A DNA stretch of 64,000 nucleotides from Scenedesmus sp. PABB004 (lineage: Eukaryota), in contig JABVCE010000019.1 in assembly GCA_014905635.1 (NCBI GenBank), positions 1 through 64,000 of the forward strand, written 5' to 3'. Shown here piece by piece: positions 55,948-64,000 of this stretch; the stretch's first letter is position 1, and the number at the start of each line of letters is the position of its first letter. A program made the position numbers and the translations under genes. The notes below the pieces were generated by a model. It had not been told where the DNA came from. It made no database searches and saw nothing but the letters and a program-made list of their open reading frames with translations.

Positions 55948-58900
55948 TCACGCGCGCGCCTTGCCCTTGACCACGTGGTTGAGCAGCTTCTGCCAGCTGC
56001 GGTCCATGCCCTCGCAGCCGCCCACGTCGATTGCCTGCAGCGTGGCGTTGCCCTGCGGCGGCGGCGCGCGCGCGCGCGCGCTGGGCCCCCCGCGGCTGCC
56101 GGCGCGCTGTGCCTCGTCCAGCCCGGCCGCTGTCTGCGCGGCCCCCCCGCCCCCTCCGCACCTGCAGGGCGTTGCACAGCAGCTGCGCGCCCGCGTCGGT
56201 GACGCGCGTGCCGCGCAGCGAGAGGCGCTCGAGCACGCGGCTCGCCGAGAGCAGGCCGGCGAGCGCCGCGGCGCCGCGGTCGTCGATCGCGGTGCGCGAG
56301 AGGTCGAGCTCCTTCAGCCCGCTGCTCGCCGCGCCCTTGAGCGCCTTGCACAGCGCCTCGCAGCCGAGCGTGCCGACGTGCGTCCCTGCCAGGCTCAGGC
56401 TGGACAGCACGGGGTTGACCTTCAGGGCGTCGGCCAGCGCGATGGCGCCCTCGGGGCCGATCTGCGCGCAAAGTGTGTGTGAGAGGGAGGGATGGAGGTC
56501 GGTGGCCGCGCGCCGGCGGTGGCGGTGGCGGCCGAGGCGCCGCGGCCGCCGCGCGCGCGCGCGCCTGGCAGTCGGAGAGGTCCAGCGAGAAGAGCGCGAT
56601 GTTGCGCCGCAGCCCCTCGGCCAGCGCGGCGGCGCCCTCGTCGCGCACGGGGCAGCCCGCGAGGCGCAGGCTCGCCAGGCTGCGGTCGCTCGCGAGCATG
56701 GCCGCCAGCGCCGCCGCGCCCTGTGCATGCGCGCGCGCGGTGCGAGCGCGCGGGTGCCGAGCCTCAGCTGCTGAGCAGCGAATTCGCTTTGAAGCACCGC
56801 GGGGTGCAGCGCGCCTGCAGCAAGGCTCACCGGCGGGAGCATGTTGTTGCCCCCCAGGTCGAGGTGCGCGAGCCCGAGCGCCTCGCCGCCGCCCGCGAGC
56901 GCGGCCACGACGCCGCGCAGTGCGCCGTCGTCGAGGCCGTTGTTGGCGAGCGAGAGCGACGACAGGCCGCCTGCGCGCGGCGGCGGCGCGCGGCGGCGGC
57001 GCGGCCGCTCAGCGCGCGCGCACCGCGCGCACGCCGGCGCGGCCGGGCCCGGCCTCAGCCGCAGCTCAGCTGAACTGCTGAGCAGCCCAGCAGCCGACGC
57101 AGCAGCCCACCCGCATCAGCGAAGATGTCTGGCAGCATCGCGCTCAGCTGCGCCCCCGGGACGATGCCCTCCGCGTCCAGCTCCTGCGCACGCGGGCGGC
57201 GCGCGGCGCGGAGCGCAGCTGCGGCGTGAAGCGCCGCGCGTCGCCACGCGCGCGCGCGCCGCGCAGCTCCGCGCGCGCGCCTGGATCTGCAGGCACGGCT
57301 TGCCCGCCGCGACGGCGGGGTCGAGCGCGTGGCGCGTGTTGAACGCGTGCACCGCCTTTCGCAGCAGGTATGCCCGGTGCGGGTCGGCGAGGCCGACCGA
57401 GGTGTCCTTGAGCTGGCTGCTGTAGTGCGCGAAGAGCTCCTGCGCGGCGGCGGTGGTCGCGCGGCGGCTGGGTTTGCGCGGCGCGCGTGCGTCGAGCGCG
57501 CACGAGCGCCACCGCGCCGGCGCCAGCCCAGAGCCCCTCCTGACCGACCGCCGACCGCCGAGCTGGGCGCCGGCGTGGGCGCTGTGGCGCCGCGCGCCCC
57601 CTCCCGCCCCCCGCCGCGGCGCGCGCGCGCGCGCCTTGAGCACGAGGCGGCCGCCGCTGGCCGACAGTGCGACCTTGACGCGCACGAGCCAGTCGCGCAC
57701 GAGCGAGCCGGGCAGGCGCGCGGCGTGGGAGCGCACGTAGAGCAGCGGGAAGCCGTCGCCGCGCTCGTGCATCCAGGGGTCAACCACGCTGAACCTGCGC
57801 GCAGCGCAGCGCGCACAGCACGCAACGCGCACAGCACGCGGCGGCACGCGAGCGGGGCGTTGGCGGCGCGCGGCGGCGAAGCGCGGCGCGCCCGGCCATA
57901 CGCCGCGCTGCGCCCGGGCGCGGGCGCGCGGCGACGCCCGCGGCCTTCAGCCAGCCCCGTCTGTGCACCGCTTAAACCGCCGCACCGGAGGATCTTTTCG
58001 ACCGAATTGATCGCGCAGAGGCAGACGGCGGCGTAGAGCTGGTCGTGGTAGCTGGTGAGGAGGTGCAGGTCTCGCACGTCCTGGAAGGACACATGAGCAC
58101 GCGGGCGCACGCGGGGCGGTTGGCGGGGCGGTTGGCGGGGGCGGCCGGGTGGTCCGCGGCGGGCGTGCGCCGCCACGCAGGGCGCGGGGGCGGCGGGGCG
58201 CCCCCGCGCAGCCCGCGGGTGCGCTGGTAGCGCGCCGCCGCGGCCGCGCGCTGGCAGCACTCCGCGGCCGCGCCCAGTCACCGTCTTGAGCCGCCCCCGC
58301 ATGAAGACGGCGTACTCGACCGCCCCCACCACGACCGCGGGCAGCGCAAAGAGCAGCGTCACGAGCGCGACGCGCGCCTCCTCGTAGCCTTTGAACATCA
58401 CCTGTTCAAGCGCGCGCGCGTGCACACACATGCGCGCATCGGCGTGTGTGCGGCCGGGCGGGCGGGCGCGGCGGCGGCCGCCGCTTGCTGTTGGCTCGCC
58501 TGCGTCATGCCCTCGAGCATGCAGTTGCCGTGCACGATGCTGGCGACCATCTGCGCCCGCGCGGCGCGCCGCGGCGGCGGCCTCGCGCGGCGGCCTCGCG
58601 CGGCGGCCCGCGCCCCACTCCCGACCCCGTTAGCCGCCCTGAGCCCACCCGCTGAGCCCCAAACCCTTGCCTGTATGTCGTAGAAGAGCACGTGGCTCAC
58701 GCGCGTGCCGAGGGCGAGCACGTCGGAGAAGTAGGTGTCCCCCGCCTCGCGCATGTCGAGCTCCTTGAACATCGTCACAGCGCTGCGCCGCCAGGGTTTC
58801 GAGGGCGGGCACAGGCGTGGCGTGTTGTTGTTGTGTCGTGTTGTGTTCTTGCGTGCGCGCGACCGCCCGCGGCGGCAACGCTGCTGGCCGGGCGCAGCCC

Positions 58901-60087
58901 CCCGCGCGCGCGCGAGAGAGAGAGCCCGCGCGCCCCCCGCGCGCGCCTGCAGTAGTGCGCAAACGCGTAGCAGGCGACGATGATCAGCGGGCTCGCCGCG
59001 TGGCCGTTGTCCCACATGATCTGCGGGGGGGGGGGGGCTTGAGAGCTGGGCGGGCGCCTGCCCCTCGCCGGCGGCCTCGCGCGCGGCCCGCGCTGCGCCC
59101 GGCGGCGTTCAGCCCCGCCCGCCCCGCAGCAACGCTGCAGACGGCCGGCAGCTGCTGCAGCCGGCGGCGGCGCACCCAGATGACGCCGAGGTTGACGCCC
59201 ACGGTCAGCACGTGCAGCGTGAGGCTCGCCTGGCCCATCGCCCAGAGCGCCCACTCGACAGCGCCCGGCGCGCGGCGGTCGAGGGCGTCGACGCTCCACC
59301 AGAACGCGCCGCCGAGCGGCCTGCGGGGCAGGCAGCCCGTGGTGGCGGGGTCGGCGCGCGAGCGGGCGAGGGGTCGGCGCGCAGGCCATGGCGCGCCGTG
59401 TGCCGCAGCCCCGGTCGCCGCGCGGGGGGGGGGGGGGGGGGGGGGCTGTTCCGCGACCTGGGGGGGGGGGCGGCAGCGCGTGCTGCTCGCCTGAAGAGCA
59501 GCTGCCACTTGTTGACCAGGTACGAGAGCAGCAGCACGATGGACCAGGGGAAGATGATGAAGCAGTTGATCAGCACCTGCCAGGTGTTACGGTGCAGGGC
59601 TTAGGCTTTTAGGCCAGGTTCGCGAGCGCGTGCGGCGGGGCCGCACGAGCCGGCGCGCGCGGCGGCTCGCGGCTGCAGCGGCGGCGCAGCCGGCTGCAGG
59701 CGGCGGCGCGCCTTCCAGGCGAAGCCGTAGGGCGGCGGCTCGTCGCCGGCGTAGGGCGCGGCGAACGGCTGCGTGCGCGGCGGCGCGGGCGGCGCCGCGA
59801 GCGTGCCGAGCACGGCCTTGATCCGCGCCCTGCCCGCTGCCGCGGCGCCGCCGCCGGGGCCACAGGGCTCGCCGCCGGGCGCCGCGCCGCCGCGCCCCGG
59901 CGGCGGCGGCGACGCGAGGTCGGGGTCGTCGTCGATGTCCACCTCCTCCTCCGGCGCCTCCTCGTCGCCCTGTCACGGGCAGGCGCGCCGTCGGCGGGGC
60001 GCGACAGCAGCGGCCGGGCCGTGGCGGCGGACAAGCGCGCACCGGCCCCGTGCGCGAGCGCCGGTAGCCCCGTACGGCCTTGAACAT
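55948..60087 (-). CDS. Multi-pass membrane protein with C-terminal RNI/NLRC3-like leucine-rich repeats (may be two genes)
   Basis: Hydrophobic exons LINCFIIFPWSIVLLLSYLV, LTLHVLTVGVNLGVIWV and VALVTLLFALPAVVVGAV. LRRs LSSLSLANNGLDD, LFSLDLSDCQIGPEGAIALADALKVN and LKELDLSRTAIDDRGAAALA. Confidence 0.7.
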
Positions 60088-60536
60088 GGCTCCGACGCGC
60101 GGCGCGCGGCGCGGTCGCCCGCGGCCGGCCGGTCCGCCGCGCTGCGCGGCGAGGCTTGACGGCCGCCGCTTGGCCGCGGGGCGCGCCGCGCCGCGGCCGG
60201 CGCTGCTCCGGCGGATAAGGCTAAGCTCGGCGCCTCTTTTTAGGGCGCCAGGGCCCTGCTGCGCTGCGAGCAGAGGCTGCGGCGGCGCCGCGGCGCGCTG
60301 CGACCGAGCGAGCGAGGCGAGGCCCTGTGGTTGCTGGCGTCGCGGCGGGCTCAGCTCCTCTCTCCGCTCCGCCCTCACTCTGACGCCGCTTTTGTGCGGT
60401 GGCTGCCGCACCGCCGCGGTGCAGCGCCACGGCGCGGTCGGCCGCGCCGCGGCCCGCGCGCACAGCGCCTCCGCTCGCCAGTCGTCCGGTGCCGCGCTGG
60501 CCGTCGTCCGCGCCAGCCAGCGAAGCCGGGGCCGCC

Positions 60537-63462
60537 ATGGACGCCGCGGTGCAGGAGGTGTGGCGGCGCTCGCTGCTCCAGCCGCCCGCGCGCTCCGGTT
60601 GCCCACACAAAGAGCCTGGTTGCGCGGCCGGCGGCGCCGCATCGCCGTGCCGTGCCGCGGTGGATCGGCGCGGTGGCGCCAGGCCGCGACGACGCGCGCC
60701 GCCGCTGCTGCTGCTGCCGGCGCCTTGCTGCGGCGCAGGCCAAGGACCAGGCGGAGCTGAACGACCTGCTCATCTGGGCGGCAGCGCGGGGGCTGCTCGG
60801 CGACGTGCGGCGGCAGCCGTTTGGCGGGCACGGGCGGCAGCAGCGGCCGCGCCCGGCCCAACCCCCGCAACCGCCGCCGAGCGTGCGGCCGCCGCCGTGC
60901 GGGCGCCGACGCGCGCCGCGCCGCGCCGCCGCCGCCGCCGCCGGCAGGCGGAGGAGCTCGTGTCGCGCGGCGCGGAGCCGGGCGCGCGCGACAAGGCCGG
61001 CCGCGCACCCGCGCACTACGCGGCGGCGCAGGGGCACGCGCAGCTGCTCTCGTTCCTCGCGACGCGCGGCGCCGACCTCGACGTCGAGGACCCGCAGGCG
61101 CGCACGCCGCTGCACTACGCCGCGGCGGCGGGCTCGAGCGCCGACGCCGTGCGCCTGCTCGCCGGCCGCGCCGCGTGGCTCGACGCGCCCGACGGCGCCG
61201 ACGACACGCCGCTGCACCTCGCCGCACGGTGCGCACGCCGCGCGCCGGGCGGCGCGCGGCCGGGCCGCGCCGTGCCGCCGCAGCGCCGCCGCCGCGCGCT
61301 GCGCCACCGACGGGCGCCGCGCCGCGCCCGCAGGCGCGGCTGGGCGCCGGGCGTCAAGGTGCTGGCGGCGGCGGGCGCGGCGGTGGACGCGCCCAACCGG
61401 CGCGGCCTCTCGGCGCTGGGCGAGGCGGTGGCGGGCGGGCACGTTGAGGCGGCAGAGGTGCTCCTTGCCGCGGGCGCGGACGCGTGCTGGCGGACCGGGG
61501 GCTACACCCTGCTGCACGTCGCGGCGGGCCTCGGCCAGGTGGACGCGCTGCAGCTGCTGCTGCGGCAGCCGGGCGCGGCGGCGCTCGCGCGCGACGCCGC
61601 CAACAGCCACGGCGCCGCGCCGCTGCACGCGGCCGCGCTGGCGGGCTGCGCGCACTGCGCGGGCGCGCTGCTGGCGGCCGGCGCCGACGCCGCAGCGGCG
61701 GGCGCGGGCGGGCTGCAGCCCTGGGAGCTCGTGCCGGCGGGCGAGGGCCAGCAGGCGCTCGTCAAGCAGCTGCAGGCGGCGGCGGGCGTCAAGACGCGCG
61801 CCGCCGCGCGGCTCGCGGCGGCGCGCGCCGCGGCGGCGGCGGCCGCCCCCGCCGCGACGCCGGGCAGCGGTGGCAGCGGCGGCGGCGGCGCCGCGCTGGA
61901 CCCCGTGGCGGCGTACGCCGCGACCTTTGGGGTGCTGCCCGAGGCGGAGCAGGCGCGCAAGGTGGACGCCTTCGCCCGCATGCCCGAGGCCGAGCTGGGC
62001 CAGCTCGACTTCCTGAGCCCCGCGGCGCGCGCCGCGATCGCAGACGTGCGCGCCGCGCGCTGCGCTCTCTGTCTCGCGCGCCCGCCCGCGCGCCGCGCGC
62101 CGCCGCCGCCGCGGCTGCGCCGCACCCCACGCCGCGGCACGCCCCGCGCGCACCCCAGGTGCGGCGCGCGGCGCAGCTTCTGGCCGTGTACGAGGCGGTC
62201 GCGGCGCTGCGGGCCGACGCCGCGTTCCAGGAGGACGCGGCCGAGCCGGCGGTGCAGACGGCGCTGCAGGAGATGGCGGTCACAGGGGACATGGCCAAGT
62301 GCGCGCACGCGCACGCGCACGTGCACGCGCGGGCGGCGCCGCGCTGCTCGGTCGACGGCGCCGCCGCGCTGCCCGCGCCGCCGCGCTCGCTGCGCGCTCG
62401 CAGGGCGAGCCTGTTGATTTGTGCCTGACGCCAGCGCCGCCGCCGCCGCCGCCGCCGCGCCCTCAACCCTGGGGCGCAGGTACGCCGGCGACCGGCAGGT
62501 CATGGCCGTCTCAGCAAAGCTCAAAAAGTTCCACACCGTCCTCAAGGCCGCCGGCGGTGTGCGGCTGGGCCTGGCGGACGTGCTGGTCAAGCCGGGGCAG
62601 GCCGCGGACGCGCTTGCCGCGGCGGACGCCGCGCAGGTCGCGGGCCTCGCCGCCGCGGCGGACGCCGCGCGGCGCGCCGCCGCAGCCGCGCTCGCGGGGC
62701 GCCCACCGCCGGCGGCGCGGCCGGCGGGCGGCGGCAGCGGCGGCGGCGGCGGCAGCGGGGGCGGGGAGATTGAGGCGGCAGGTGTGCGCGCCGGCGGGGG
62801 CGGGGCCCGCGCGCCGGGCGCGGGGGGGGCCCGCGCGCCGGCCGCTCGCTGCCCGCCGCGCCCGCGCTTGCTGGGCACCGCCCGCGCCGCGCGCACCCCT
62901 GCCCGTGTGTGCGCCACAGGCCCCGAGGCAGGCGCGGCGGCGCCGGGCGCCGACCTCGACCTGGACGCGCAGCTGCGCGCCGACAGGGCGGCCGCGGCCG
63001 CGGCGCGCGGGGCGCCGCCGGCGCGCAAGGCGCCCGAGGACATGGCCTTTGGCGAGCGGCTGCGCTACGAGCTGATCAAGAGCTTCAAGGACGTGAGTTT
63101 GCAGTTTGGTTTGACTTTGTTTTGTTTTGTTTTGTTTTGTTTTGGTTGCGCCTTTTCAAGGGACGGGGCTGCGCGCGCCGTGGTCCGCGGCGGCGCACGC
63201 ATGCGTGCGTGCCGTGCGCGCGTGCGGCCGGGCCCCCGCTCCACGCCCCGCCGCGCCGCGCGCCCGGCAGGCTGCCAAGATCATGCTGATGCTGTGCGTG
63301 CTGTGGGGCGTCATGTGGGCGGCCGGCATGTCGCCGTGGCAGCAGGACGGCGCCGCGCTGGAGGCGCGGCTGCGCGGCGTGCTGGAGGCGCGCGAGGCCG
63401 CGGCGCGGGCGGCGGACGGCGGCGGGGCGGCTCAGGCTGCCGCGCACGGCGGCGAGCTGTGA
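60537..63462 (+). CDS. Ankyrin-repeat protein with a C-terminal transmembrane segment, multi-exon
   Basis: GRAPAHYAAAQGH, ARTPLHYAA, DDTPLHLAAR, GYTLLHVAAGLGQ, GAAPLHAAALAG. C-terminal IMLMLCVLWGVMWAAGM; ends in HGGEL. Confidence 0.85.
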
Positions 63463-63500
63463 GCGCCCCAGCGTAACTGCGGCCGCGCCCCGGGAGATAC

Positions 63501-64000
63501 TTACACGGCGGGCTGAGCCGGCCGCGCGCCGCGCGCGCAGTCGGCCGCCGCCCGGCCGCAGCGCGCGCGCGCGCCTTGGTGCGGGTGGTGCACTCGGCGT
63601 CCAGCGCGGGCTGGACGCGCCCCTCCTGACACCACTGAGTCCACCCCTCCCCTAATCAAGTTCTCTGAAAGAACTAAACAAGGGCGTGCCTGGATCGAGA
63701 TGACCTCCCACTTGGGCCCCGCGAGGCCGAGCAGCAGGCCGTTCGCGCCGACCGCGTAGAACTGGCCGCTCGGGTCCACGAGCGCGCCGGTCAGGGACAG
63801 CTGCGCCCACTCCTTGCGCTTCGGGACAGCGTTCCACTTGGTGCCATCAAAGCGCAGGATGGTGCCCTGCGCGGGCGGCCGGGGAGCGCGGCCGGTCGGC
63901 GGCGGCGGCGCGCGGGGGCGCGCGACGGGGGCTGGCAGCGTGCGGCGCCGCGCGGCCAGCCGCGGCCGCGGCCGCACCTCCTCGCCGACAGCAAACGCGA
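63501..64000 (-). CDS. 3' end of a gene entering from outside the window; beta-propeller-like repeat
   Basis: AFAVGEE|GTILRFDGTKWNAV..FYAVGANGLLL..W (exon 63866-63690), a repeated AVG..G.IL..DG..W blade pattern. Terminal exons are tentative. Confidence 0.6.
   Translation of the reverse strand, partial: AFAVGEEVRPRPRLAARRRTLPAPVARPRAPPPPTGRAPRPPAQGTILRFDGTKWNAVPKRKEWAQLSLTGALVDPSGQFYAVGANGLLLGLAGPKWEVISIQARPCLVLSENLIRGGVDSVVSGGARPARAGRRVHHPHQGARARCGRAAADCARGARPAQPAV

Noticed and set aside
36000..64000. Numerous long Ala/Arg/Pro-rich ORFs in the ORF track
   Set aside because: Stop codons are scarce at this GC content; these ORFs are alternative frames or intron read-through of the spliced genes listed.
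1..64000. tRNA, rRNA or other structured ncRNA genes
   Set aside because: None was recognised by eye; a covariance-model search would be needed to exclude them.

Overview
This is very GC-rich eukaryotic nuclear DNA with many short spliceosomal introns, frequent GC-AG donors and TGTAA poly(A) signals. It most likely comes from a chlorophyte green alga (inference). The left ~37 kb is a dynamic cluster of secreted, cysteine-rich surface or cell-wall proteins. It holds a head-to-head inverted gene pair whose 5' ~3.1 kb are near-identical (CxDG..ET.VDCGG repeats, Ser-Pro stalk, ~16 EGF-like repeats and a ricin-B-like lectin in the complete copy), a rearranged second lectin module, two genes sharing unnamed Cys modules (one with two RCC1/BLIP-II propellers), and orphan fragments of ceramide kinase and IFT56. 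It also holds two related non-LTR retrotransposons. The apparently full-length one has a single 1911-aa ORF with an ORF1-like RRM region, two tandem Tudor-like domains, an APE endonuclease, RT and a C-terminal Zn finger; this is the most unusual element in the window. A ureide permease lies inside the cluster. The right ~27 kb is mostly ordinary gene space: a TTL-like protein, PEX16, DNAAF4, an H+-PPase, a ZNF706-like protein, a hypothetical protein, a membrane-LRR protein and an ankyrin protein. All gene models and domain calls were made by eye, without database searches.
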